Assembly (NCBI GenBank): GCA_963752285.1
Contig: CAVVXN010000001.1
Span: 480,001 to 544,000 of the forward strand
Direction of reading: 5' to 3'
Source of the DNA: an uncultured Planctomycetota bacterium
GTDB lineage: Bacteria > Planctomycetota > PLA2 > JAEUHO01
Length of the DNA: 64,000 bases
Numbering within the stretch: position 1 is the stretch's first letter; each line of letters opens with the position of its first letter. The position numbers and the translations under genes were made by a program. This document shows positions 17,615 through 26,688 of the stretch, piece after piece. Under the pieces are notes generated by a model, which searched no databases, was not told the DNA's origin, and saw nothing but the letters and a program-made list of their open reading frames with translations.

Positions 17615-20275
17615 TCAGTGCCGGGCGGCCCGCACGTGGACCTCCGCCTCCGTGATCCGCACGGGCGAAGCGTCGCCCGCCGGGCGCAGGCGGATCGCCC
17701 TCGGCGAGGTCGCCTGGAAGGAGAGCTCGACCCAGGAGGCCCAGGTCGCGCCCTTCTTCGCGCCGGGGGGCGCGCGCACGGGGCCGGCCCGGAGCTCGAG
17801 CCCGTGCACCTTCCGCCACGGCCCGCGGGGCGAGGATCGGGTCTCGACGACCCACGCCGAGGGCCACGAAGGCGGCTTCGACCCCGCGGCGTGGAGGACG
17901 ACGGCGACGACGTGGTGCTCCGTTCGCGGCCAGCCGAGGACGAGACCGTCGGCCGGGACGTCCACCGTGCCCCCCTCTCGCTTTCCGTCCACGGCGCCGC
18001 GCGCGTCGCTCCCCCCCTCGCCGAGCGTCGCCGTCCCGGGCCGCTCGGCGAGCGCGCGGCCGGCCGGCTCGTACGCGAGGTCCGCGCCCGCGAGCGGCGC
18101 CGCGGGACGCGACCCACCGAGCGAGACCTGCAGGCGTTCGAGGTCCCGGCCGTCCGCCTCGATCCGGATCCGGTGCCATCCCGCGGCGAGGGAGAGCAGC
18201 GCCTCCGGACCGGGCGCGGCGAGCGCCTCCGCGGCGTCGAGGACGGTCTCGCCGTCGACGAGGAGACGGACGGCCCCGCCCGACACGATTCCGATCCGCG
18301 CGAGCCCCGCCGGCGCGCGGAAGAGCCCGTCCAGGACGACGCGCGCCGGCGCCGGGACGCCGAGCGCCCCGAGGTCCGCGGCAAGCGTCCGTCCGCCCCC
18401 CGCCGCGAGGCTCCCGACGACGCCCTCGTGCTCTTTCTTCTCGGCGTCCGTCACGGTCGCGAGGAGGCCCTCGAGCAGCAGGCCCTCCTCGACCGTCGCG
18501 GCGGGGCGTGCGGACGTGGGCGGTTGGACCTCGACGACGAGCGGCGCCGACACCACCCCGCGGCCCTCCGCGCCCGTCCCCAGGACGAGCAGCGTGCTCC
18601 GCCCGAGCCCGAGCGCCGCGGTCGGCACCTCCACGCGCCAGCGCGGTCCCGAGACCGCGGCCGTGGCCACCACCTGGCTCCCGCGGCGGACCGAGAGCTC
18701 GCGCACCTCCCGCGCGGTCCCCGAGAGCACGAGGGGGCGCCCGATCTCGACCGGTCCCGAGGGCGCCTCCGCCTCGAGGCGCGACGCGCCGTTCTGGACG
18801 CCCACGAGCGCGCGCGCGTAGCTCCGCGTCGCGATCGGCCCCGACTCGACGGCCACGACCCGCACGTCGTGCGCCCCGTCGGCGCCGGTCGTCGTGTCCC
18901 ACGCGAGCGGTCCCGGCGGCTCGGCCGTCGCCACCCGCACGCCGTCCACCCAGAGCTCGAGCCGGGCGATGCGGGCGTGTTCGGGCGGCGTCGTCTCGGC
19001 GCGGACCTCGACGCGCCCCTGCACGGGCGCGTCGCCCCGGGGCTCGCCGATCCGCACCGCGGTCGGCCGCGCGAAGGGGCGGGCGAGCGGGTCTCCCAAC
19101 ACGAGGAGCTGGTAGGGGCCCCAGACGCCTTCGTAGAAGGCCTCCGCCAGCGAGCAGCCCCGCGCGTAGTGGAGGTGCATCCACGCGCACGGGAACTTGT
19201 TCGGGATCGCGTAGGGCTCCGCGACGGTCCCGCTGGTCCCGGCGGCGCCGTGTCGGACGAACTCCGTGCACTTCGTCTGGCTCGACGTCCCGAAGTGGGC
19301 GCCGAAGCTCGTCAGGTGCTCGGCGATCGCGCCCGGGAGGAGGTCGGGATCACCCTTCTGCCAGGTGAAGCCCGCGATGCCGGCCACGACGCCGATCGCA
19401 TCGGCCTTGCCCCGCGGCAGCACGCCGTCCTGGCCGTCCTCGCCCTTCTTCAGGATCTCCGCCCGGTGCCCCAGGCCGCGGAGCGCCTTCACGACCGCCT
19501 CGAAGAGCGGCATGCGGGTCGTCGCGCGGATGTCCGGGTTCTCGAGGAGGTACACCGTGCCGCGCGGGTTCGTGAAGTCGCTGGCCTTCGCGCGCTCGAG
19601 GCACGAGATCACCTCGTCCTCGGTGTTCCCGTGGTCGCCCGTCCAGCCGAGCATCACGGCGAGGCGGTACCGGTCGGGCGACGCGCGGTCCACGACGGGG
19701 TCGCCCGACGCGTCCCACGCGGAGGCGGCCGAGAATGCGCGCGAGGCCGGGACCTCGTCCCGGCCGTCCCGGCGGAAGTAGTGGTTCGCCTGGAGGTCCA
19801 GGTACGACCGCGGGTCGGACGCGAGCACGTACCGGTAGAGGAACGTGAGCCCCGTGAGCGACGCGTGCGGGGAGATCGGCGGCCCGAGCTTCAGGTCCTT
19901 CGCCTTCGCGTCGGCGTCGAAGTCCACTGCGTACGGGAAGCCCGTCGAGTACGCGACCACCTCGGTGTCGTCCTCGATCCCCTCGCTCGCGAGCCACTGT
20001 TCGAGGGGCGCGAGGATTTGCGCGCGGAAGCGCTCGACGTCCACGACCGGATCGGACGGCACGTCGTCCAGGTAGAGGACGTGCGTCGGCGGGATGTCGC
20101 GGAGCCGCACGTAGGCGCCGGCGACGCGGACCGACCCCGGGTCCCTCGCGTTCACCACGACCACGGTCGTCTCGGGGCCGCCTCCCGCCCGGGCACGCGA
20201 CGCGAGGGCCACGAGCGCGGCCGGGACGAACGCGAGGAGGAGCAGCCGCGCCCGCTTCGACGTCGCGCCGGTCAC
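17615..20275 (-). CDS. Secreted TIGR03790-like protein with C-terminal Ig-like and PA14/discoidin-like domains
   Basis: VVVVNARDPGSVRVAGAYVRLRDIP, PGAIAEHLTSFG, GAAGTSGTVAEPYA..KFP, GCSLAEAFY..YQLLVLGDPL; then WDTT..ADGAH (Ig-like) and GWHRIRIE segments. Confidence 0.7.
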   Translation of the reverse strand: MTGATSKRARLLLLAFVPAALVALASRARAGGGPETTVVVVNARDPGSVRVAGAYVRLRDIPPTHVLYLDDVPSDPVVDVERFRAQILAPLEQWLASEGIEDDTEVVAYSTGFPYAVDFDADAKAKDLKLGPPISPHASLTGLTFLYRYVLASDPRSYLDLQANHYFRRDGRDEVPASRAFSAASAWDASGDPVVDRASPDRYRLAVMLGWTGDHGNTEDEVISCLERAKASDFTNPRGTVYLLENPDIRATTRMPLFEAVVKALRGLGHRAEILKKGEDGQDGVLPRGKADAIGVVAGIAGFTWQKGDPDLLPGAIAEHLTSFGAHFGTSSQTKCTEFVRHGAAGTSGTVAEPYAIPNKFPCAWMHLHYARGCSLAEAFYEGVWGPYQLLVLGDPLARPFARPTAVRIGEPRGDAPVQGRVEVRAETTPPEHARIARLELWVDGVRVATAEPPGPLAWDTTTGADGAHDVRVVAVESGPIATRSYARALVGVQNGASRLEAEAPSGPVEIGRPLVLSGTAREVRELSVRRGSQVVATAAVSGPRWRVEVPTAALGLGRSTLLVLGTGAEGRGVVSAPLVVEVQPPTSARPAATVEEGLLLEGLLATVTDAEKKEHEGVVGSLAAGGGRTLAADLGALGVPAPARVVLDGLFRAPAGLARIGIVSGGAVRLLVDGETVLDAAEALAAPGPEALLSLAAGWHRIRIEADGRDLERLQVSLGGSRPAAPLAGADLAYEPAGRALAERPGTATLGEGGSDARGAVDGKREGGTVDVPADGLVLGWPRTEHHVVAVVLHAAGSKPPSWPSAWVVETRSSPRGPWRKVHGLELRAGPVRAPPGAKKGATWASWVELSFQATSPRAIRLRPAGDASPVRITEAEVHVRAARH

Positions 20276-20289
20276 TGCGGCGCCGCCGA

Positions 20290-20904
20290 TCAGAACTTGA
20301 CCTGGGGCGCCTCGCGCTCCGCGGGGTCCTCGATCTCGAAGAACTCGCGCTTCTCGAACCCGAACATGCTCGCCACCATGTTCGACGGGAACATCTCGAC
20401 ACGCGTGTTGTAGTCACGCACGTTCGCGTTGTAGAAGCGCCGGGAGCGCTGGATCCGGTCCTCGGTGTTCGAGAGCTCCTGCTGGAGCTCGAGGAAGTTC
20501 GTGTTCGCCTTCAGGTTCGGATACGACTCGGCCAGGGCGAAGAGCTGCCGGAGCGCGCCCGAGAGCATGTTCTCGTCCTTCGCCTGCGCCTCGCGCGAAT
20601 CGTGCGGCGCCGCGGCCTGGTTGCGGGCCTGGATGACGCGTTCGAGCGTCTCCTTCTCGTGGCTCGCGTAGCCCTTGACGGTCTCCACCAGGTTCGGGAT
20701 GAGGTCGTGCCGGCGCTTCAGCTCGGTCTCGATGTCGGCCCACGACTCCTCGACGTGGTTCCTCCGCTGGACGAGGCCGTTGTAGATGCCCATGGCCCAC
20801 AGGATCAGCAGGACCACGATGACGATCGGGACGATGACGCCCCAGGGCGCCCCGCCGTCGGCGAGCATTCCCGGGTTCCACGCCGCCAGGATTCCTGCGC
20901 TCAT
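20290..20904 (-). CDS. lemA: LemA family protein
   Basis: YNGLVQRRNHVEESWADIETELKRRHDLIPNLVETVKGYASHE, AESYPNLKANTNF, RRFYNANVRDYN. Confidence 0.92.
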   Translation of the reverse strand: MSAGILAAWNPGMLADGGAPWGVIVPIVIVVLLILWAMGIYNGLVQRRNHVEESWADIETELKRRHDLIPNLVETVKGYASHEKETLERVIQARNQAAAPHDSREAQAKDENMLSGALRQLFALAESYPNLKANTNFLELQQELSNTEDRIQRSRRFYNANVRDYNTRVEMFPSNMVASMFGFEKREFFEIEDPAEREAPQVKF

Positions 20905-21605
20905 GTCGCTCCTCCCTTCCGGTCACGGGTCTCCGCCCCGAGGTCCTGGAGAACGTACCGGGGAAGCCGGTCCAAGATACCGTCCACGAGGGCCACGGCC
21001 GCGGCGAAGTCGCCGACGTCGAACCGGCCGGACCGCCGCGCCAGGACCCAGGTGCCCGCCATCTCCACGGTGAACCGCGGCGACGCGAGCAGGTACTCGA
21101 TGGTCTTCTGGTGGAGCACGTCGAAGGCCCAGCGCCGGTCCGGCGACTTCACGTAGAACTCGCGACTGAACGCGGCGTGCTCGAAGTCGATGTCGTCCCA
21201 TCCGAGGAAGCCCGCCATCTTGTCGAGCAGGTTCTCCGGTCGGATGAGGAGGGGGGAGAGCGGCAGGCGGCTGTCCACGACGACGCTGGAGAACCGGTGG
21301 TGGTGCGTCTGGCGGTTGCCCTTCGAGTCGGTGCTGTAGGTCTGGTAGTGGTAGTCGAAGGCGCACACCGGCCGGCCGTCGTGCTCGCCCTGCATGACGT
21401 TGAACGCGTACCGGCGGTCCCCCTCCCGGAAGCACGAGAAGGGGGGGTAGCGCCCCTCGATCGCGGTCGTCTTGGCCGTGTCGAAGGACCAGCCGTTCGA
21501 CGAGGCCCAGCCCCCGAGCGTGGCCTTCCGCTTCTGGTCCGCCTTCCAGGACAGCCAGGCCACGAGCCCCGCGATCACGAGGGCGGCCACGAGGAGCACG
21601 GGCAT
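20901..21605 (-). CDS. Hypothetical membrane-anchored protein (DUF3137-like), coupled to lemA
   Basis: ATG 21605, N-terminal TM, AFDYHY..DIDFEHAAFSREFYV. The stop overlaps the lemA start (ATGA). Confidence 0.65.
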   Translation of the reverse strand: MPVLLVAALVIAGLVAWLSWKADQKRKATLGGWASSNGWSFDTAKTTAIEGRYPPFSCFREGDRRYAFNVMQGEHDGRPVCAFDYHYQTYSTDSKGNRQTHHHRFSSVVVDSRLPLSPLLIRPENLLDKMAGFLGWDDIDFEHAAFSREFYVKSPDRRWAFDVLHQKTIEYLLASPRFTVEMAGTWVLARRSGRFDVGDFAAAVALVDGILDRLPRYVLQDLGAETRDRKGGAT

Positions 21606-21756
21606 GAGCTCTGTCAAGTCGTCTCGCTCCGGGGCCGCCCAGGATAGTCGGAGCGGGCTCCTCGGGCGGCCCCCGAAGGGTCCCCCGATCCGGACGGTGG
21701 CCGTCGGCGGGCCCGGATGGTTCAATCCCGGGCCCGGAACCGGGACTGGAGGGTCC

Positions 21757-22194
21757 ATGCGTACGAAGCTCGTGCTCTCGATTTCGATCGTCTCCCTGGC
21801 GGGTCTCGTCGCCGCGTGCGGTGGCAAGGCGGGCGCCAGCGGGCTCGTCGGCACGTGGGTGATCGACAAGGCGCAGACGAAGCAGGAAGCCGCCAAGCAG
21901 GCGAAGCCCGACGAAGACCCGAAGGTCGCGGCAGGCATGATCGACGCCATGACCGTCGAGGCCACGTTCGAGGCCGGCGGCACGTGGAACGCGACCATGA
22001 CGATGCCCGCGCCCCTCGGCGCCTCGAAGGCGGACGGGACGTGGACGCTCGACGGCCAGAACCTCACCATGGCGCTGGTCCACAAGGACGGGAAGGACGC
22101 CCCCGACCCGACCCCCGACAAGGGGACGTTCGACGGAGACCGGATCCGGATGGACATGGGCGGTGGCACGATCATGGTGCTCCAGCGCAAGTGA
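21757..22194 (+). CDS. Lipoprotein, lipocalin-like beta-barrel
   Basis: GGAGG RBS; lipobox LVAAC; LVGTWV..GTWTLDG motifs. Confidence 0.7.
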   Translation: MRTKLVLSISIVSLAGLVAACGGKAGASGLVGTWVIDKAQTKQEAAKQAKPDEDPKVAAGMIDAMTVEATFEAGGTWNATMTMPAPLGASKADGTWTLDGQNLTMALVHKDGKDAPDPTPDKGTFDGDRIRMDMGGGTIMVLQRK

Positions 22195-22595
22195 CCGGGT
22201 CCTCGCGTTTCGACGCGGTCGTCGTGGGCGCCTGCTGGGGCGCCCTCGGCGTCGTCCTGGGGGCGTTCGGCGCCCACGCTCTCCCGAAGGTCCGTCCATC
22301 CGGCGGCGCCGAGGCCACGGCGTGGTGGGAGACGGCCGCCCGCTACCACCTCCTGGGCGCCGTGGCGATGGTCGCCGCGGGGCTCCTCGAGCGGTGGACC
22401 GGGCGGCCGTCCCGCGCGGCGTGGGCGTTTCTCGCCGGCTCGGCCGTCTTCTCGGGCTCGCTCTACGCGATGGCGCTCGGGGCGGGCCGGGGGCTCGGGG
22501 CGGTGACCCCGCTCGGCGGGCTCGGCCTGGTCCTCGGCTGGGCGCTCCTCGCCTGGGAGGCGCGTCGTGGGCGCGGACCGGGACCCACGGCCTGA
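22191..22595 (+). CDS. DUF423 (YgdD/TMEM256-like) membrane protein
   Basis: GTGA overlap start; [33 protein letters not shown]. Confidence 0.88.
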   Translation: MTGSSRFDAVVVGACWGALGVVLGAFGAHALPKVRPSGGAEATAWWETAARYHLLGAVAMVAAGLLERWTGRPSRAAWAFLAGSAVFSGSLYAMALGAGRGLGAVTPLGGLGLVLGWALLAWEARRGRGPGPTA

Positions 22596-22615
22596 GGGCC
22601 GCGAGGAGAGGCGCG

Positions 22616-23044
22616 ATGGGCGACGAGGGTGATGAGAAGGTCGTGCGGAGCGAGGCCGAGTGGCGCTCGATCCTGACGCCCGAGCAGTACCACGTCACGC
22701 GCGAGGCGGGGACGGAACCCCCGTTCACGGGCGCGTACTGGAAGACGAAGGCGCCCGGCACGTACGAGTGCGCGTGCTGCGACGCGCCGCTGTTCCGGTC
22801 CGACGCGAAATTCGTCTCGTCGTGCGGCTGGCCCTCGTTCTTCGAGCCTCTCGAGGCCTTTCGACTGGCGGAACGGCGGGACACGTCGCACGGGATGGTG
22901 CGTGTAGAGGTCCGGTGCGGCCGCTGCGACGCGCACCTCGGGCACGTGTTCGAAGACGGACCGCCCCCGACCGGGCTTCGCTACTGCATCAACTCGGCCG
23001 CGCTCCGTCTCCGGCCCGACCCGGCGGACGGCGGGTCGGCCTGA
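22616..23044 (+). CDS. msrB: Peptide-methionine (R)-S-oxide reductase MsrB
   Basis: [52 protein letters not shown]. Confidence 0.95.
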   Translation: MGDEGDEKVVRSEAEWRSILTPEQYHVTREAGTEPPFTGAYWKTKAPGTYECACCDAPLFRSDAKFVSSCGWPSFFEPLEAFRLAERRDTSHGMVRVEVRCGRCDAHLGHVFEDGPPPTGLRYCINSAALRLRPDPADGGSA

Positions 23045-23070
23045 GGGGACCCGCATCCACCGGAGGAACC

Positions 23071-23685
23071 ATGACCCGACTCGGACGCCCGACCCTTCTC
23101 GCCGCCTTCGTGCTCGCCGCGGCCTGCGGCGGCCCGGAGAAGAGCGGGCCGTCCACGCCGGGGGCCGTCGCGCCGCACCCCGAGCGGATCGAGGACCTCG
23201 CGAAGGAGGTCCAGTCCGTCCGGGCGGCCGGCGACGAGAAGAAGCTGCTCGCGCTCGTCGCCCCGATGATCCCGACGCATGCGGACCTGGTGGCCCTGGT
23301 GGACGCGAAGCGGCCCGGGGCCCACGCCTTCCTGGACGGGTGGCAGGTCGTCGACCTCCCGGCCGGCGATCCCCGCGTCGCCGCGCTCGCGGCGGCGATC
23401 TTCGGCCCGGGCGACCCCGGGCGGACCGAGACCCGAGCGCACGCCGCCACCACGAAGGAGATCCTGGCGTACGAGAAGGGCGGCACCGCCTACGCGGAGT
23501 TCCCGGGCGGAATGCGCCGCTTCGCCGCCATCCTCGCGGAGCCCGATCGCACGTGGTGGGTGGTGGAGCACGTGAAGCCGGGCGAGGACATGGGGATGAA
23601 GTTCAGCGCCTTCACCCGCACGGCCGACGGACGGTGGCTCTTCTTCCCGAAGCCGTGGCGATCGGTGCCGGGCAGCGGGGACTGA
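23071..23685 (+). CDS. Hypothetical lipoprotein
   Basis: GGAGG RBS; signal MTRLGRPTLLAAFVLAAAC with lipobox-like Cys; ends FFPKPWR. Confidence 0.65.
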   Translation: MTRLGRPTLLAAFVLAAACGGPEKSGPSTPGAVAPHPERIEDLAKEVQSVRAAGDEKKLLALVAPMIPTHADLVALVDAKRPGAHAFLDGWQVVDLPAGDPRVAALAAAIFGPGDPGRTETRAHAATTKEILAYEKGGTAYAEFPGGMRRFAAILAEPDRTWWVVEHVKPGEDMGMKFSAFTRTADGRWLFFPKPWRSVPGSGD

Positions 23686-23742
23686 GCGGCGACGCGGCGG
23701 CCGAGCGGGGGGCGCGTCCGGAACGGGTCCGGACGACCGGAC

Positions 23743-24852
23743 TCACTTGGCGTCGGTCTTGGCCGCCTCGTAGCGGTCGAGGGCCTTCTGCAGGTCCTCC
23801 TTCATCGGGCTCTCGGCCTTCTCGACCGCCTTCTTCTCGAGCTCGATCGCCTGATCGACGTCGCCCTTCTCGAAGTGGACGCGTGCCACGGTGTCGAGGA
23901 TCTCGGGGCTCTCGCCCTTCGTGATCTCGTTCGCGCGGTCCGCGAGCTTCATGGCGAAGTCCAGGTCACGGCGCTTCACCTGCTCGTCGTCCACGACCGT
24001 CCACGCGATCGCGTTCAACGACCCGGCGTCGTCCCACGCGGCCTTGGACACCTCGTCGGCGTACTCGTAGGCCGCGTCCGTGTCTCCGTGCTGCAGGAGG
24101 ATCATCACCTTCTGGACCTTCAGGGGAACGAGGTCCGGCGCGATCGCGATCAGCTCGTCGTAGATCGAGGCCACCTGGCCCCAGTCGTCGTTCGAGGCCG
24201 CCTCCGCCATGCGCTCCTGGGCCGACTCCATCGCCTCCTGGAGCTTCTGCTGGGCCTCGAACTCCTTCTTGAACGCCTCGCGGTCCCATGTCCCCGCGAC
24301 CACGGAGGCGAGCGGCTCCTCGATCGCCATCGGGTGGCCGATCCACTCCACCTTCCCGTCCTTGCCGACCACGAAGGCCGTGGGGATGCCGTTCTGGCCC
24401 GCCGCCTCCATGTAGTCGCGCTGGGTCGAACGGTCGGGGTCGGTCGCCAGCGTGTAGCGGGTGCGGTCGTTCTCGAGCTGGCCGTCCGCGTCCTTCTTCC
24501 AGAGGAACGCGACCACCCAGGGGAGGCTCTCGTCCGAGACCCCGATCACGTGGACCGGCTGCCCGGCGTAGTGTTCCGCGACCTCGGAGAGGTGGGGCAT
24601 CCCTGCGCGGCACGGACCGCACCAGGTCGCCCAGAACTCGATCACGTACACCTGTCCCGGCTCGAAGGTGGTCACGGGCGTGAACTTGCCCCGCCGGTCC
24701 ATCTCGACGCCCTTGACCCAGTACTGGATGTCGAGCGCCGGCGCGGGGTCGCCGATGTCGAGCTTCGCCACGTCTTCGTCCGCCGACGCGGACACGGAGA
24801 ACGACCAGATCGAGCCGAGCACGAGCACGAACAGGGCGAGCGATCGCAGCAT
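23743..24852 (-). CDS. Secreted TlpA-like thiol:disulfide oxidoreductase with C-terminal TPR region
   Basis: Signal peptide; IGDPAP, EFWATWCGPC, GIPTAFVVGKDG; helical LNAIAW / ILDTVARVHFEKGD repeats. Confidence 0.88.
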   Translation of the reverse strand: MLRSLALFVLVLGSIWSFSVSASADEDVAKLDIGDPAPALDIQYWVKGVEMDRRGKFTPVTTFEPGQVYVIEFWATWCGPCRAGMPHLSEVAEHYAGQPVHVIGVSDESLPWVVAFLWKKDADGQLENDRTRYTLATDPDRSTQRDYMEAAGQNGIPTAFVVGKDGKVEWIGHPMAIEEPLASVVAGTWDREAFKKEFEAQQKLQEAMESAQERMAEAASNDDWGQVASIYDELIAIAPDLVPLKVQKVMILLQHGDTDAAYEYADEVSKAAWDDAGSLNAIAWTVVDDEQVKRRDLDFAMKLADRANEITKGESPEILDTVARVHFEKGDVDQAIELEKKAVEKAESPMKEDLQKALDRYEAAKTDAK

Positions 24853-25151
24853 GAGACTCTCCTCTGCCTCCCTCGAGGCGGCCCGCGCTTCGGCGGGAAC
24901 GCGACATCGTACGCGTCGGGGAGCGGGGCCGCGCGCGCCGGGGGTCGGACCGTGGTGCGCCCGCACCATGTAGACCGAAACAGTCCACTTTCTGGCCGCC
25001 GCGGGCGCCCGCCGGCGACCCGGGCCTTGGTCCGCGCTCTCGGATCGCGTTCTTCGCCGCGCCCGCCGAGGCGTACCCTCGGTCCGTGCCGGACCCCGTC
25101 TCGGCGCGGACGCGCGGACCGGCCTTCACCGAAGAGCACCGGGAGACCGCG

Positions 25152-26435
25152 ATGGGAACCGCGAAGCTGATCTTGGACGGACAGGAACGCGAGTACCCGA
25201 CGATCGTCGGGTCGGAGGGCGAGAAGGCCGTGGACCTGCGCAACCTGCGCAGCGACACCGGTTACATCACGTACGACCCCGGGTACGGCAATACGGGGGC
25301 GTGCCAGAGCGGCGTGACGTTCATCGACGGTGAGAAGGGGATCCTGCGCTATCGCGGGTACCCCATCGAGGATCTCGCCGAGTCGGCCACGTTCCCCGAG
25401 GTCTGTCACCTCCTCGTCCACGGGCACCTGCCGAGCAAGGACGAGTGGAAGACGTTCCGGGACCAGCTGACGCACCACACGCTGCTCCACGAGGACATGA
25501 AGAAGTTCTTCGAGGGCTTCCCTCCGCACGCGCACCCGATGGCGATCCTCAGCTCGATGGTGACGTCCCTCTCGACGTTCTATCCCGAGAAGAGCGGCGA
25601 CGACGACGAGCTCAACATCGTCCGCCTGCTCGCGAAGCTGCCGACGATCGCGGCCTTCTCGTACAAGAAGTCGAAGGGCCAGCCCTTCGTCTACCCGCGG
25701 AACGCTCTCACCTACTGCGGGAACTTCCTGCACATGATGTTCTCGGTTCCGAGCGAGGACTACCACGTCCCGCCGGTCCTCGAGAACGCGCTGAACCTGC
25801 TCTTGATCCTCCACGCGGACCACGAGCAGAACTGCAGCACCTCGACCGTGCGCATGGTCGGGAGCAGCCAGGCGAACCTCTTCGCCTCGATCGCAGCCGG
25901 CATCTGCGCCCTCTGGGGCCCGCTCCACGGCGGCGCGAACCAGAAGGTGATCGAGATGCTCGAGACGATCCGCAAGGACGGCGGCGACCTCGACAAGTAC
26001 GTGAAGCTCGCGAAGGACAAGGACTCGAACTTCCGTCTGATGGGCTTCGGACACCGCGTCTACAAGAACTTCGACCCGCGGGCCAAGATCCTCAAGAAGT
26101 CCGCCGACCAGGTCCTCTCGCAGCTGGGCGTCAAGGACCCGTTGCTCGACATCGCGAAGAAGCTCGAGGACGTCGCGGTCAAGGATCCCTACTTCGTCGA
26201 GCGGAAGCTGTACCCGAACGTGGACTTCTACAGCGGCATCATCTACCGCGCGATGGGCATCCCCACCGAGATGTTCACGGTGATGTTCGCCCTCGGTCGC
26301 CTGCCCGGCTGGATCGCGCAGTGGAAGGAGATGCGCCACGATCCGCACGGCCGCATCAACCGGCCGCGCCAGATCTACACGGGCGAGACGAAGCGCTCGC
26401 TCTCGAGCAAGGAGCGCGTCGTCCAGCACGCGTAG
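25152..26435 (+). CDS. gltA: Citrate synthase (type II)
   Basis: YDPGYGNTG, GILRYRGYPIE, HADHEQNCST, GPLHGGAN, MGFGHRVYKNFDPR, YPNVDFYSG. Confidence 0.97.
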   Translation: MGTAKLILDGQEREYPTIVGSEGEKAVDLRNLRSDTGYITYDPGYGNTGACQSGVTFIDGEKGILRYRGYPIEDLAESATFPEVCHLLVHGHLPSKDEWKTFRDQLTHHTLLHEDMKKFFEGFPPHAHPMAILSSMVTSLSTFYPEKSGDDDELNIVRLLAKLPTIAAFSYKKSKGQPFVYPRNALTYCGNFLHMMFSVPSEDYHVPPVLENALNLLLILHADHEQNCSTSTVRMVGSSQANLFASIAAGICALWGPLHGGANQKVIEMLETIRKDGGDLDKYVKLAKDKDSNFRLMGFGHRVYKNFDPRAKILKKSADQVLSQLGVKDPLLDIAKKLEDVAVKDPYFVERKLYPNVDFYSGIIYRAMGIPTEMFTVMFALGRLPGWIAQWKEMRHDPHGRINRPRQIYTGETKRSLSSKERVVQHA

Positions 26436-26465
26436 CACGTCGGGTCGAGCATCCGAACGAACGTC

Positions 26466-26506
26466 GCGCGCGGCGGGGGCGAGAGCCCCGGCCGCGCGCT
26501 TTCGTT
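26466..26506 (+). terminator. Probable intrinsic terminator after gltA
   Basis: GCGCGCGGC-G-GGGGC-GAGA-GCCCC-G-GCCGCGCGC followed by TTTCGTT. Confidence 0.65.
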
Positions 26507-26688
26507 CTCGGGACCACGAGGCTTCGCGTGCGAACCGTCGCTCCGTCGCGGGCGCTCGCATTCCGCGCCGCATCTGGCGCGAACGGCGCGATCATCGCGG
26601 AGTCGTCTCGACATCGCCCGACCGGCCGCCGCGGCGCAGAGCCCACCGCCTCGCCCGCGGCGGTGCGCCGGTCGTAGGGGAGCGCGTC

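Noticed and set aside
22616..24852. MsrB and TlpA as additional selenoproteins
   Set aside because: Both are uninterrupted ORFs with Cys at the catalytic positions.
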